Source: Phycisphaera mikurensis NBRC 102666 (GTDB taxonomy: Bacteria; Planctomycetota; Phycisphaerae; Phycisphaerales; Phycisphaeraceae). Taken from it: 32,000 nt of DNA. Within the stretch, counting starts at the first letter, position 1. The number at the start of each line of letters is the position of its first letter. Under the pieces are notes generated by a model. It had not been told where the DNA came from, searched no databases, and saw only the letters and a program-made list of their open reading frames with translations. The translations under genes and the position numbers were made by a program. Location of the stretch: assembly GCF_000284115.1 (NCBI RefSeq), contig NC_017080.1, positions 1,770,001 to 1,802,000 on the forward strand. The letters are read 5' to 3'. Positions 8,213 through 17,901 of this stretch are shown piece after piece.

Positions 8213-9898
8213 ATGTCCAGCTACACCCTGCCCGAACTGCTCGAACCCGAGCCCGTCGCCGCGCAGACCGCGGTGCTCGTGGCCAGCGGCGACTCCCGCT
8301 CCTCCGCCAACGCGAGATGCTGGCCTGCGCAGCAGGAGCTCGAAGCCGACGCCGCCGAGGCACTCGCGGGCCTCGGCTGGAGCGTCCGACGCGGCCACGG
8401 CACGGTCGGATCCGCCCACGGCGAGCACGGATTCATCGACAGCCAGGCCCGCGGCCGCGACGTCTTCGCGAGCATCCACCCCGACGCCCCCGTCGTCGTC
8501 GCCGAGGCCGTTTGGCAGTACAGCAGCCACGTGCTCGCCGGGCTCTGCCAGCACCGCGGCCCCGTGCTCGTGCTTGCGAACTGGTCGGGCACCTGGCCCG
8601 GCCTCGTGGGCGCGTTGAACCTCCGCGGCTCGCTCACCAAGGCCGGGCGGCCGCACAGCTTCCTCTGGGGCGAGGACTTCGCGGCCGAGGGCTTCATGAG
8701 CAAGCTCAGGCAGTGGTGCGACACCGGCACCATCGAGCACGCCATGCCGCAGGTCCACGCCCGCGGCGGCCTGCCCGCCGCCGAGAGGGAGCTCGGGGAG
8801 GCGCTCGCCGCCGAGCTCCAGCACCGACCGGCCATCCTCGGCGTCTTCGACGAGGGCTGCATGGGCATGTTCAACGCCATCGTCCCGGATCACCTGCTGC
8901 ACCCCACCGGCGTCTTCAAGGAGCGGCTCAGCCAGAGCGCGCTGTACGCCGCGATGCGAGAGGTCTCCGACGCCGAGGCGCAGGCCGTCCGCGGCTGGTA
9001 CGACCAGGCGGGCATCACCTTCGAGACCGGCGACGATCCAGAGACCGACCTCACCGAGGACCAGATCCTCGACCAGTGCCGCATGTACGTCGCGGCCGTG
9101 CGGATCGCCGACGCCTTCGGGTGCGACGCCATCGGCATCCAGTACCAGCAGGGCCTCAAGGACCTCGCGCCGGCGAGCGACCTCGTCGAGGGCACGCTCA
9201 ACTGCAGCGTCCGCCCGCCGGTGGAGCGGGCCGACGGCTCGGTGATCCGCGGGGGCGAGGCGATCACCCACTTCAACGAAGCCGACGAGTGCGCCGGGCT
9301 CGACGGCCTCGTCACCCACCGCGTCTGGACCGCGATGGGCATGAGCCCCGACAACACCCTGCACGACCTGCGCTGGGGCGATGAAGACCGCAGCGGCACC
9401 ACCGACGCGTACGTCTGGGTGTTCGAGATCTCCGGCTCGGTGCCGCCCACGCACTTCGCCCACGGCTGGCAAGGCGCCACCAGCAAGCGCCAGCCCCCGA
9501 TGTACTTCCGCCTCGGCGGCGGCTCGATCCAGGGCGTGAGCAAGGCCGGCCCCTGCGTCTGGTCGCGCATCTACGTGGCCGACGACCGGCTCCACATGGA
9601 CCTGGGCCGCTGCCGGGCGATCGACCTGCCCGCCGAGGAGACGCAGCGCCGCCTCGACGCCACCACCCCGCAGTGGCCGATCATGCACGCCGTCACGCAC
9701 GGCGTGTCCCGCGACGAGATGATGGCCAAGCACCAGGCCAACCACATCCAGCTCGTCTACGCCGATAGCGACGAGCGGGCCGACCGCGCCCTCGCCGCCA
9801 AGGCCGCGATGGCCGCCGCGATGGGCATCCGCGTCAACCTCTGCGGCGAAGCCGCCGACGGGATGAGGCTCGCCGACAAGCTCGCGTCGCTGACCTGA
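8213..9898 (+). CDS. L-fucose/L-arabinose isomerase family protein
   Basis: 561 aa; [41 protein letters not shown] and [30 protein letters not shown] are FucI-family-like. Located directly upstream of a rhamnulokinase-like FGGY kinase and class II aldolase. Confidence 0.75.
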   Translation: MSSYTLPELLEPEPVAAQTAVLVASGDSRSSANARCWPAQQELEADAAEALAGLGWSVRRGHGTVGSAHGEHGFIDSQARGRDVFASIHPDAPVVVAEAVWQYSSHVLAGLCQHRGPVLVLANWSGTWPGLVGALNLRGSLTKAGRPHSFLWGEDFAAEGFMSKLRQWCDTGTIEHAMPQVHARGGLPAAERELGEALAAELQHRPAILGVFDEGCMGMFNAIVPDHLLHPTGVFKERLSQSALYAAMREVSDAEAQAVRGWYDQAGITFETGDDPETDLTEDQILDQCRMYVAAVRIADAFGCDAIGIQYQQGLKDLAPASDLVEGTLNCSVRPPVERADGSVIRGGEAITHFNEADECAGLDGLVTHRVWTAMGMSPDNTLHDLRWGDEDRSGTTDAYVWVFEISGSVPPTHFAHGWQGATSKRQPPMYFRLGGGSIQGVSKAGPCVWSRIYVADDRLHMDLGRCRAIDLPAEETQRRLDATTPQWPIMHAVTHGVSRDEMMAKHQANHIQLVYADSDERADRALAAKAAMAAAMGIRVNLCGEAADGMRLADKLASLT

Positions 9899-9917
9899 GC
9901 GCCGAGCCGCGGCTTGC

Positions 9918-9969
9918 GCGCAGGCCGGTCGCACAGCGGCGTTTCAGGCGCTTGGCGGACGGCCTGCGC
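9918..9969. repeat. Hairpin-forming inverted repeat downstream of the isomerase
   Basis: Perfect 10-bp arms GCGCAGGCCG (9918-9927) and CGGCCTGCGC (9960-9969), starting 20 nt after the stop codon. Confidence 0.55.
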
Positions 9970-10003
9970 CCGTCGCTCTGCCTGCGGGCCGCCGGCGGCC
10001 ACG

Positions 10004-10050
10004 GTACGGACCGGGGGCTTCCGGGCGCGTCCGTTGATCGCGGTCCGCGG
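10004..10050. repeat. Degenerate copy D of the 46-nt inverted-repeat element
   Basis: GTACGGACCG ... CGGTCCGCGG, 47 nt; the right arm is identical to the other copies, the left arm retains GGACCG with mismatches outside it. Confidence 0.45.
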
Positions 10051-10107
10051 ATTTCTGGCACGATGCGGGGTTTCCGAAGCGCTCCTCTTGATCCACGTCC
10101 ACGCCCC

Positions 10108-11580
10108 ATGACCCGCCACCTCCTCGCCGTCGACCTGGGCGCCTCCTCCGGCCGCGTCATGTGCTGCACGCTCACCGGGGAAGGCTCGGCCGGCACGCTC
10201 CGCCTCGACGAGGCCCACCGCTTCGCCAACCGCACCGTCTTCGTGCCCGACGACGGGCCGCGGGGCGGCCGCTTCACGTGGGACATCGTCGGCCTCTACG
10301 CCGACGTCCTCCACGGATTGCGCGAGGGCGGCCGGCGCTTCGGGGGCGCGGTCGACGCGATCGGCATCGACAGCTGGGGGGTGGATTACGGCCTGCTCGA
10401 CGCGCAGGGCCGGCTGATCGCCAACCCCACCGCGTACCGCGACCCGCGTCACCCGCCGGTGGCGGAGCGGGTGAACGAGGCGATCGGCTGGCCGGCCCTT
10501 TACGAGCGGACCGGCATCCAGAAGCTGCCGTTCAACACGCTGTACCAGCTGGCCGCCGACGCGGAGGACCCCTCCGAGCCGCTGGAGCGCGCCGCTTCCG
10601 CGCTGATGATCCCCCAGCTGCTGGGCTACTGGCTCGCCGGCGAGAAGAGGAGCGAGCACACGCTGGCGAGCACCGGCGGGTGCTACGACACCGAGTCGGC
10701 CGCGTGGTGTGGGGAACTCCTCACGCCGCGGGGCGTGCCCGAGAACCTGTTGCCGCCCGCCGTGCAGCCGACCGATCGCATCGGCACGCTGCGGCCCGGC
10801 GTCGCCGAAGACCTCGGGCTGCCCGCCGGCACGCCGCTGATCGCGGTGGGCAGCCATGACACCGCCTCCGCTGTGGCGGGGGCGCCGCTGTCGGGCCCGG
10901 GCAGCGCGTACCTCTCCAGCGGGACGTGGTCGCTGCTGGGCGTCGAGCTCGACGAGCCGATCCGCACGGCCGCGGCGCGCGACGCCGGGTTCACCAACGA
11001 AGGCGGCGTGAGCGGGACGATCCGGTTCCTGAAGAACCACGCCGGGCTCTGGCTCGTCCAGGAGTGTCGCCGAGCTTGGAATGAGGGGGGGAACGACTAC
11101 GGCTTCCCCGAGCTGGCGCACCTGGCCGAAGCGGCGGGGCCCTCGCGCTGCTCGATCGACGCCGACGACCCGCGTTTCGCCGTGCCCGGCGACATGCCCG
11201 CCCGCGTGCGGGAGGCCGCGGCCGAGCGCGGCGCGCCGCTCCCCGACGAACCCGGCGCCGTCATGCGCTGCGTGCTCGAGTCGCTCGCCGCCGCCTACGC
11301 GGGCAGCGTCCGGACGCTCGGCGAGCTGACCGGCCGCCCGGTCGACCGCCTCCACCTCGTCGGCGGCGGCGGCAACCACCGGCTGCTCAACCGCCTCACC
11401 GCCGACGCCTGCGGCGTGCCCGTGGAGGTCGGGCCCACCGAGGCCACGGTCGTCGGCAACGCGCTGGTGCAGGCGATGGCGCTGGGCCGCGTCGCCGACC
11501 TCGCCGAGGCCCGGGCGATCGTGCGGGCCTCGTTCCCGATCGAGACGGTGGAGCCGTCGCCGGGGCGGGCCACGGATTGA
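10108..11580 (+). CDS. rhaB: FGGY family carbohydrate kinase, rhamnulokinase-like
   Basis: LLAVDLGASSGRVMCCTL, DAIGIDSWGVDYGLLD, FNTLYQLAA, VGSHDTASAVAGAPL, AYLSSGTWSLLGVEL, VGGGGNHRLLNRLTADACGVPVEVGPTEATVVGNALVQAMALG. The ORF track opens at 9952; the ATG matching the family N-terminus is at 10108. Confidence 0.85.
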   Translation: MTRHLLAVDLGASSGRVMCCTLTGEGSAGTLRLDEAHRFANRTVFVPDDGPRGGRFTWDIVGLYADVLHGLREGGRRFGGAVDAIGIDSWGVDYGLLDAQGRLIANPTAYRDPRHPPVAERVNEAIGWPALYERTGIQKLPFNTLYQLAADAEDPSEPLERAASALMIPQLLGYWLAGEKRSEHTLASTGGCYDTESAAWCGELLTPRGVPENLLPPAVQPTDRIGTLRPGVAEDLGLPAGTPLIAVGSHDTASAVAGAPLSGPGSAYLSSGTWSLLGVELDEPIRTAAARDAGFTNEGGVSGTIRFLKNHAGLWLVQECRRAWNEGGNDYGFPELAHLAEAAGPSRCSIDADDPRFAVPGDMPARVREAAAERGAPLPDEPGAVMRCVLESLAAAYAGSVRTLGELTGRPVDRLHLVGGGGNHRLLNRLTADACGVPVEVGPTEATVVGNALVQAMALGRVADLAEARAIVRASFPIETVEPSPGRATD

Positions 11581-12656
11581 GCGGCCGCCTGGACGAGCTC
11601 GTCGCGCTCTCCCGCGGGTTCGGCTCGCGGCCCGGCTTCGCCCTCGCGGGCGGCGGGAACACCTCCTTGAAGACGGCGGACCGGCTGTGGGTGAAGGCCA
11701 GCGGGCACCGGCTGGCGGCGATCGACGCGAGCGGCTTCGTCGAGCTCGACCGCGGCAAGCTCGAAGCGATGCTCGACGCGGCGGACTGGCCCGAGGAGCC
11801 GGCCGCGCGGGAGGCGCTCTTCGTCGAGCGGGTGATGGCGGCGCGGGTGGATCCCGCCGCGGGGAGGCCCAGCGTGGAGGCGCTCCTCCACCATCTGCTG
11901 CCGGAGAGGTTCGTCGTCCACACGCACCCGACGGCGGTGAACGCGCTGGCGTGCTGCGTCCGCGGCGGAGCGCTCGCGGAGGAGCACCTCGGCCCGTCAG
12001 CGCTGTGGCAGCCGTACGCCGACCCCGGCCTCACGCTCGCGCTGGACCTGCGGGCCCGCCTCGGCGGCGGCCGCGGCGGCGTGGTGCTGATGGAGAACCA
12101 CGGGCTGATCGTTTCGGGCGCGGACGCGGAAGCAATCGAAGACGCCACATCGTCTTTGTTGCGGGACCTCCCGGCGGCCGACGCCGCCGGCTTCGGCGGC
12201 GACCCGCTCCCCGCGGACCGCCGCACGCTTGCCGAGATCGCGGCCACGGTCCGCGGCCTCGCCGCGGATCGTGCGGTCGTCCCCTTCGAGACGCTCGCGG
12301 TCCGCGGACTGGTTGCCACCACCGGCGGCCGCGCAGCCGCCCTCGCCGGTCCGCTCACGCCCGACCAGATCGTCTACTGCGGCGGCTTCCCGGCCTTCGT
12401 GGAGGCGGGCGGTTCGCTCGGAGCCGCCGTCGCCGCCGGCCCGCGCATCGTCCTGATCGCCGGGCGCGGCGGCCTCGCGATCCACGCGACCAAGAAGCAA
12501 GCCGCCACCGCCGCCGCGGTCTACGACGACGCCGCGCAGGTCATGCTCGCGGCACACGCCCTCGGCGGCGTGAAGACGATGACGCCCGCCCACCGCGTCT
12601 TCATCGAGCAGTGGGAGGCCGAGTCTCACCGCCAGCAGGTGGCGGCGGACGCCTGA
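11577..12656 (+). CDS. Class II aldolase/adducin family protein (rhamnulose/fuculose-phosphate aldolase-type)
   Basis: TTG start overlapping the rhaB stop (TTGA); LAGGGNTSLK, LWVKASGHRLAAI, FVVHTHPTAVNALAC, VVLMENHGLIVSG. Confidence 0.8.
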   Translation: MSGRLDELVALSRGFGSRPGFALAGGGNTSLKTADRLWVKASGHRLAAIDASGFVELDRGKLEAMLDAADWPEEPAAREALFVERVMAARVDPAAGRPSVEALLHHLLPERFVVHTHPTAVNALACCVRGGALAEEHLGPSALWQPYADPGLTLALDLRARLGGGRGGVVLMENHGLIVSGADAEAIEDATSSLLRDLPAADAAGFGGDPLPADRRTLAEIAATVRGLAADRAVVPFETLAVRGLVATTGGRAAALAGPLTPDQIVYCGGFPAFVEAGGSLGAAVAAGPRIVLIAGRGGLAIHATKKQAATAAAVYDDAAQVMLAAHALGGVKTMTPAHRVFIEQWEAESHRQQVAADA

Positions 12657-12693
12657 GGCCGCGTCCGGCGCCCGCACCACCTACGTTGGGCGG

Positions 12694-13800
12694 ATGATCA
12701 GGTATGGAATCATCGGCACGGGCGGCATGGCGAGCGGGCACGCGGAGCGGACGGGCAAGATCGAGGGCGTGGAGATGGCCGCGTGCTGCGACATCGACGC
12801 CGAGCGATCGGCGGCGTTCGCCGAGAAGCACGGATTCGCGGCGAGCGTGACCGCCTACGAGGACCTGCTGGAGCGGTGCGACGCGGTCGCCATCGTCACC
12901 CCCGACAAGTTCCACGCGCCGCTGACGCTCCAGGGGCTCGCCGCGGGCAAGCACGTGATGTGCGAGAAGCCGCTGACCACCACCTTCGCGGACGCCAAGG
13001 AGGTGGCGTCGGCCGCGAGAAAGGCCCACGACGCAGGCCAGGTGACCTTCATCAACTTCACCTACCGCAACTCCGCCGCGTGGCAGGAGGCCCGCCGGAT
13101 GATCGCCGACGGCGCGATCGGCGAGGTCCGCCACGCGACCGGCCGCTACCTGCAGGCCTGGCTGGCGGCGAAGGTGTGGGGATCCTGGACCCAGGAGCAG
13201 TGGCTTTGGCGCTGCGAAACCCCCAAGAACCCGGACGGCACGCCCGTGGGCCCGGCCGCCGGCGGCGTGCTCGCCGACGTGGGCTGCCACATCCTCGACT
13301 TCATCACGGGCCTGACCGGGCCGGCGTCCTCGCTTCGTTGCACGGCGAAGAGCTTCCCCAACGTCGATCCCGACACCGGCGAACGGCACACCACGTACCA
13401 GGGCCGCACGCTCGACGCGAACAGCTCGGTGAGCGTGGAGCTGGACCTCGACGGCGGCGGCCTCGCGCTGGCGCAGGCCACCCGCTGGGCGTCGGGACAC
13501 CCCAACCAGGTAGCGCTGGGGGTCTACGGCACCGAGGGCGCGATCGAGATCGACCTGGAGGACAGCTGGACGAAGCTCCGCCACTGCCTCGGCGAGGCCC
13601 GGCACCGCAGCGGCTGGACGGCGGTCGACCTGGCGAAGACGCCCACCAACTACGACCGCTTCATCGCGTCGATCGCGACGGGCGAGCAGGACCAGGCGGA
13701 CATCCTGCGGGGGGCAAAGATCCAGGCGTACCTCGAGGCCTGCGACCTCTCGGTGCAGGCCGACGGGGCCCGAACCCCGGTGCCCTCGCTGGGCCTCTGA
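12694..13800 (+). CDS. Gfo/Idh/MocA family oxidoreductase
   Basis: 368 aa; IRYGIIGTGGMASGH, AVAIVTPDKFHAPLTLQGLAAGKHVMCEKPLTTTFADAKE, GGVLADVGCHILDFITGLTG. Confidence 0.9.
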   Translation: MIRYGIIGTGGMASGHAERTGKIEGVEMAACCDIDAERSAAFAEKHGFAASVTAYEDLLERCDAVAIVTPDKFHAPLTLQGLAAGKHVMCEKPLTTTFADAKEVASAARKAHDAGQVTFINFTYRNSAAWQEARRMIADGAIGEVRHATGRYLQAWLAAKVWGSWTQEQWLWRCETPKNPDGTPVGPAAGGVLADVGCHILDFITGLTGPASSLRCTAKSFPNVDPDTGERHTTYQGRTLDANSSVSVELDLDGGGLALAQATRWASGHPNQVALGVYGTEGAIEIDLEDSWTKLRHCLGEARHRSGWTAVDLAKTPTNYDRFIASIATGEQDQADILRGAKIQAYLEACDLSVQADGARTPVPSLGL

Positions 13801-13835
13801 GCGGACCGGAGCGCCCGCCCACGCCCGCCTCACGA

Positions 13836-13862
13836 CCCGCGGCCGCCCGCACGGGCCGCGGG
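13836..13862. terminator. Strong GC hairpin, possible terminator after the oxidoreductase
   Basis: CCCGCGGCC-GCCCGCACG-GGCCGCGGG; 9-bp perfect stem, 36 nt past the stop. No T-tract, so an intrinsic terminator role is uncertain. Confidence 0.35.
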
Positions 13863-13939
13863 CGGCGGGGCCCGGAGGCAGGTCCCCGGCCGCCCGCGGG
13901 CCCGGCCCCTCGATCGGCGGCCCCTTTACAGTCGCCGGC

Positions 13940-15559
13940 ATGTCCAGCGACCGCGAGAAGCCCGGCGTCTTCTACGTCACCACGCCCATCTACTACGTGA
14001 ACGACAGGCCCCACCTCGGGCACGTCTACACGACGCTGGTCGCCGACGTGGCCGCCCGCTTCCACCGCCTCCGCGGCGACGACGTCTTCTTCCTCACCGG
14101 CGTGGACGAGCACGCGGCGAAGGTCAGCGACCGGGCCGCGGAGAACGGCATGGGGCCGCAGGCCTGGGCGGACCGCAACGCGCTGGCGTTCCGGGAGACC
14201 TTCGACAAGCTGCGCCTCACCTTCGACGACTTCGTCCGCACCAGCAGCGACCGGCACAAGGAGCGGGTGACCGCTTACGTGACGGAGCTGCTCGCCAGCG
14301 GAGACGTCTACGAGGGCCGCTACGAGGGCTGGTACGACGCGGGCCAGGAGGAGTACGTGCCGGAGAACAAGGCGGAGGCGCAGGGCTTCCGAAGCGAGGT
14401 CAACGGCAAGCCGCTGGTGAAGAAGAGCGAGACGAACTACTTCTTCCGGCTCTCGGCGTACCGCGAGCGGGTGCTCGCTCACATCGAAGCGCATCCCGGC
14501 TTCGTCCAGCCCGCGGCCCGCCGCAACGAGGTCGTGAACCGGATCAAGGAGGCGCAGGACGTGCCGATCAGCCGCACGGGCGCGGCGCTGGGGGCCGACG
14601 GGAGGAGGTGGGGCATCCCGGTCCCCGGCGACGCCGAGCAGACCATCTACGTGTGGATCGACGCGCTCTTCAACTACCTCACGTACGCGGACGACGAGCA
14701 CCGGCGGCGCTACTGGCAGGCCGGGGCGACGCACTACATCGCCAAGGACATCCTCTGGTTCCACGCGGCGATCTGGCCGGCCTTGCTGCTTGCCCTTCGC
14801 GAGCGGCCCGGCTACGGGTGGGTGAACCTGCCCCAAACGGTCTTCACGCACAGCTACTGGGTCAGCGACTCGGGCGAGAAGATGAGCAAGAGCCTCGGCA
14901 ACTTCCTCGACCCCGAGGCCATCGACCGGGCGGTGGAGGCCTACGGCATCGACGCGCTCCGCTACTTCCTGGCGACCAAGGGCCCGCTGGGCACGACCGA
15001 CGCCTCCTTCTCGGCGGAGCTGTTCGACACCGTCTACCACAGCGACCTGGCGAACACGTTCGGCAACTCGGCCTCGCGCGTCACGAACATGCTCGTGCGG
15101 TACTGCGGCGGCGCTGTGCCCTGCGCAGCCGACCGCGGTGGCGGCCTCGCGGAGGAGGCCGACCGGGCGGTGGCGGCGGCGACGGCCGCGTACGACGCCG
15201 GTGACCTGGAGGGCGCGGCGGAGGCGGCGCTCACGCTGGTCCGACGGGTCGATGCGTACGTCGAGGCGACGCAGCCCTTCAAGATGTGGAAGGCGGAGGA
15301 GCTGAAGGCGGAGGTGGGCCCGATCCTCGCCCGCTGCGTGGAGGCGCTGCGGGTGGCGAGCGTGCTGCTTTGGCCGATCACGCCGCACAAGGTGGAGGAC
15401 TTCTGGTCGCGGATCGGCTGCGGGGCGCAGGCGGAAGCGCTGGCCGACGGCGGCCGGGGCGACCTCGCGGCCTGGGCGGCGTGGGGCGGGCTGGCGGCGG
15501 GTATGGCGGTCCAGAAGGGCGAGGCGCTGTTCCCCCGCGTGGAGCCGGCGCCGGTCTGA
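13940..15559 (+). CDS. metG: Methionyl-tRNA synthetase
   Basis: 539 aa; FYVTTPIYYVNDRPHLGHVYTTLVADVAARFHRLRGDDVFFLTGVDEHAAKV, HYIAKDILWFHAAIWPALL, GEKMSKSLGNFLDPEAI. Confidence 0.96.
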   Translation: MSSDREKPGVFYVTTPIYYVNDRPHLGHVYTTLVADVAARFHRLRGDDVFFLTGVDEHAAKVSDRAAENGMGPQAWADRNALAFRETFDKLRLTFDDFVRTSSDRHKERVTAYVTELLASGDVYEGRYEGWYDAGQEEYVPENKAEAQGFRSEVNGKPLVKKSETNYFFRLSAYRERVLAHIEAHPGFVQPAARRNEVVNRIKEAQDVPISRTGAALGADGRRWGIPVPGDAEQTIYVWIDALFNYLTYADDEHRRRYWQAGATHYIAKDILWFHAAIWPALLLALRERPGYGWVNLPQTVFTHSYWVSDSGEKMSKSLGNFLDPEAIDRAVEAYGIDALRYFLATKGPLGTTDASFSAELFDTVYHSDLANTFGNSASRVTNMLVRYCGGAVPCAADRGGGLAEEADRAVAAATAAYDAGDLEGAAEAALTLVRRVDAYVEATQPFKMWKAEELKAEVGPILARCVEALRVASVLLWPITPHKVEDFWSRIGCGAQAEALADGGRGDLAAWAAWGGLAAGMAVQKGEALFPRVEPAPV

Positions 15560-15577
15560 GCGGCGCGGCACCGGCCG

Positions 15578-15623
15578 CCGCGGACCGCTGCGTTTGGTGG
15601 GGATCCTGCCCGCCGGTCCGCGG
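15578..15623. repeat. 46-nt inverted-repeat element, copy E
   Basis: CCGCGGACCG CTGCGTTTGGTGGGGATCCTGCCCGC CGGTCCGCGG; 10-bp perfect arms, 18 nt after the metG stop. Confidence 0.85.
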
Positions 15624-15668
15624 GACCGGGCTTCAGCACGCCGCGGGACGTGCCGATGTCGCTCGTGC

Positions 15669-17795
15669 ATGCATGCCCCGCACCCCTCCCGCACGGCGCG
15701 TCTCCTCGATCCGGCCGCCGAACCCGCCGCCGCCTCGTTCCGGGTCGACGACGGCTTCCTGCGGAGGATGCGCGCGTCGTGCGTCGACCGGTCCGTGCGG
15801 CGTCTGACGCTGTCGTACACGGTCGGGCTGCTGCTCATCGCGGCGCTGACGGTGGGCGCGTACCTGCGGGTGGAGGGGGCGCTGCGGCAGCAGCGCAGCG
15901 ACGCGGCGGTCATCAACGTGGCGGGCAAGCAGCGGATGCTCAGCCAGCGCATCACCAAAGCGGCGATGGCCATGGCGGGCGGCGCTTCCGTGGGCGAGGG
16001 CGGGGCCGGCTTCGGCTCGGAGCTGCGCGAGGCGATTGCGGCCTTCGAGCTCGGCCACACGGCGCTGACGGTCGGCAACGACGCCGTGGGCGTGCCGCCG
16101 ACGGTGGATGCGGAAGCGGTGTCGCGGATCCGGCGGCTGGGCCCGTCCTTCGAAGCCCTGGTCGCGGCCGCCGAAGCCATCGCCGACGGGGCCGACCCGA
16201 AGGTCCACCTGCCGGTCCTCCTCGCCGAGCAGGCGCAGTTCCTGCCCGAGCAGGACGCGTTGGTCTCGCGGTTCGCCACGCTCTCGCGGGCGAAGGTCGC
16301 CCGGCTCGAGGCGGACCACGCCTGGCTGCTCTGGATCACGCTGGGCCTGCTGCTCGCGGAGGCGGTGCTGGTGTTCGCGCCGGCCGCCCGCGCCATGCGG
16401 CGCCAGCTGCAGATCCTGCACGAAGCCGGGGAGATCATGAGCCACGAGGCGAAGCACGACGCCCTCACCGGGCTGGCGAACCGCAACGCGCTGCTGCAGC
16501 ACCTCGAGGTGCTGCTGCACGCGGCCCACGGCGACGCGCAGGAGGAAGTCGCGGTGTACTTCCTCGACTTCGACCGCTTCAAGGCGATCAACGACAGCCT
16601 CGGCCACGAGGCCGGCGACCGGCTCCTCAAGGAGATCGCCAGCCGGGCGCGGGTGCTGATGGACGATCCCCGCGTGGGCCGGCTCGAGGCCTTCCGCCTC
16701 GGCGGGGACGAGTTCGTGCTCGTGCTGCACGGCCGCTCGATCGGCCACGAGATCCGTCCGCTGGCCGACCGCGCCCTGGTGCTGTTCGGCCAGCCCTGCG
16801 TGCTCGATGGGCACCCCTGCGTGTCCACGGCGAGCATCGGCATCGCGACCGCGTCGGGCCCACGCCCCGGCGACGCGTCGCGGACGCGGACGGCCTCGGA
16901 GCTGCTGCGCAACGCCGACCTGGCCATGATGCAGGCCAAGGCGGCGGGCAAGGCGCGGTACATGGTCTTCGACGAAACGATGTACCGCTACGCCCAGCGG
17001 CGGCAGCGGCTGGAGCACGATCTGCGGGAAGCGGTCGACACCGACCGGCTCGGCGTCCGCTACCTGCCGATCGTCTCCGCCGACCACTCCGGTCTCGTCG
17101 CCGTGGAGGCGATCGCCCGCTGGGACCACCCGCAGCTGGGGCTGCTGGAGGACGCGGAGCTGCTGGAGGTCGCGACCGACGCGGGGCTGGTGCACGAGCT
17201 GAGCGATCGGGTGCTCAGGCGGGTGAGCGTGGAGGTCGCCGCGGCCGCGGCGGCGCCGAACGCGGCACCGCTCCCGTGGATCCACCTCAACGTCTCGCGC
17301 GCCGAGGCTTCGCACCCGGCCTTCCCGGACCGCCTCGCCGCGGCGCTTGTGGACTGCCCTCCGCTGGCCGGGCGTCTCTGCCTCGAGTTCGCCGAGGACA
17401 ACCTCGGCCGCGGCCTCGATCACTTTTCGGGCCTCGTCCAGCGGGTGTCCGCGTTGGGCGTGAAGACCTGCATCGACGATCTCGGCGGGGCCCACGCCTC
17501 GCTGGGCGACCTCGCCCGCCTCGGCGTGGACCAGATCAAGATCCAGCCGGGCGTCAACTCGCCCGACCGGCTGGTCGATCCGCTGTCCCTTCTCGTGCCC
17601 CGCGCCGTCGTGGCCTTCGCCCGCGGGGTCGGCGTCGAGGTCACGGCCACCGGCGTCGACTGCGAGCCCGCGGTGGCGGTGGCGTTGGACCTGGGCGTCG
17701 AGGCGCTGCAGGGCCTGCACTTCGGCGGCCCGGGCTCGCTCGAGGAGGTCCTGCGCCGGGCGGCCGGGAGCGGCGGCATCCGGTTGGCGGCCTGA
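15669..17795 (+). CDS. PilJ-type sensor / GGDEF / degenerate EAL domain protein
   Basis: AAVINVAGKQRMLSQRITKAAMAM (PilJ-like N-terminal sensor), TM segment WLLWITLGLLLAEAVLVFAPA, KHDALTGLANRNALL...YFLDFDRFKAINDSLGHEAGD...RLGGDEFVL (GGDEF), then VEAIARWDHPQLG...WIHLNVS...LCLEFAEDNL...CIDDLGGAHASLGDLARLGVDQIKI (EAL-like). The ORF track opens at 15594 inside repeat copy E; the start is uncertain (15669 or 15768). Confidence 0.88.
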   Translation: MHAPHPSRTARLLDPAAEPAAASFRVDDGFLRRMRASCVDRSVRRLTLSYTVGLLLIAALTVGAYLRVEGALRQQRSDAAVINVAGKQRMLSQRITKAAMAMAGGASVGEGGAGFGSELREAIAAFELGHTALTVGNDAVGVPPTVDAEAVSRIRRLGPSFEALVAAAEAIADGADPKVHLPVLLAEQAQFLPEQDALVSRFATLSRAKVARLEADHAWLLWITLGLLLAEAVLVFAPAARAMRRQLQILHEAGEIMSHEAKHDALTGLANRNALLQHLEVLLHAAHGDAQEEVAVYFLDFDRFKAINDSLGHEAGDRLLKEIASRARVLMDDPRVGRLEAFRLGGDEFVLVLHGRSIGHEIRPLADRALVLFGQPCVLDGHPCVSTASIGIATASGPRPGDASRTRTASELLRNADLAMMQAKAAGKARYMVFDETMYRYAQRRQRLEHDLREAVDTDRLGVRYLPIVSADHSGLVAVEAIARWDHPQLGLLEDAELLEVATDAGLVHELSDRVLRRVSVEVAAAAAAPNAAPLPWIHLNVSRAEASHPAFPDRLAAALVDCPPLAGRLCLEFAEDNLGRGLDHFSGLVQRVSALGVKTCIDDLGGAHASLGDLARLGVDQIKIQPGVNSPDRLVDPLSLLVPRAVVAFARGVGVEVTATGVDCEPAVAVALDLGVEALQGLHFGGPGSLEEVLRRAAGSGGIRLAA

Positions 17796-17901
17796 GGGGG
17801 CCGCCGCGGCTTCGGCGTCGCCGCGCCCGCGTACCGTCGGGCGGCGTCCGGCGGCGTGGTTCTCGCGCGTCCGGCCTTCTCCTTCTCCCGAGCGCCCGCC
17901 G

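Noticed and set aside
3688-9934. Very long antisense ORFs (3688..6672 minus 994 aa, 5710..9384 minus 1224 aa, 6845..9934 minus 1029 aa)
   Set aside because: Arg/Pro/Ala/Gly/Asp-rich nonsense translations opposite clear genes (ubiD, PEP-CTERM protein, isomerase); in high-GC DNA alternate frames rarely hit stops.
12247-12307. ACGGTCCGCGG and TCCGCGGAC inside the aldolase gene considered as element copies
   Set aside because: They are not paired at the 46-nt spacing, have the wrong arm order and lie within a coding frame; likely chance in GC-rich sequence.
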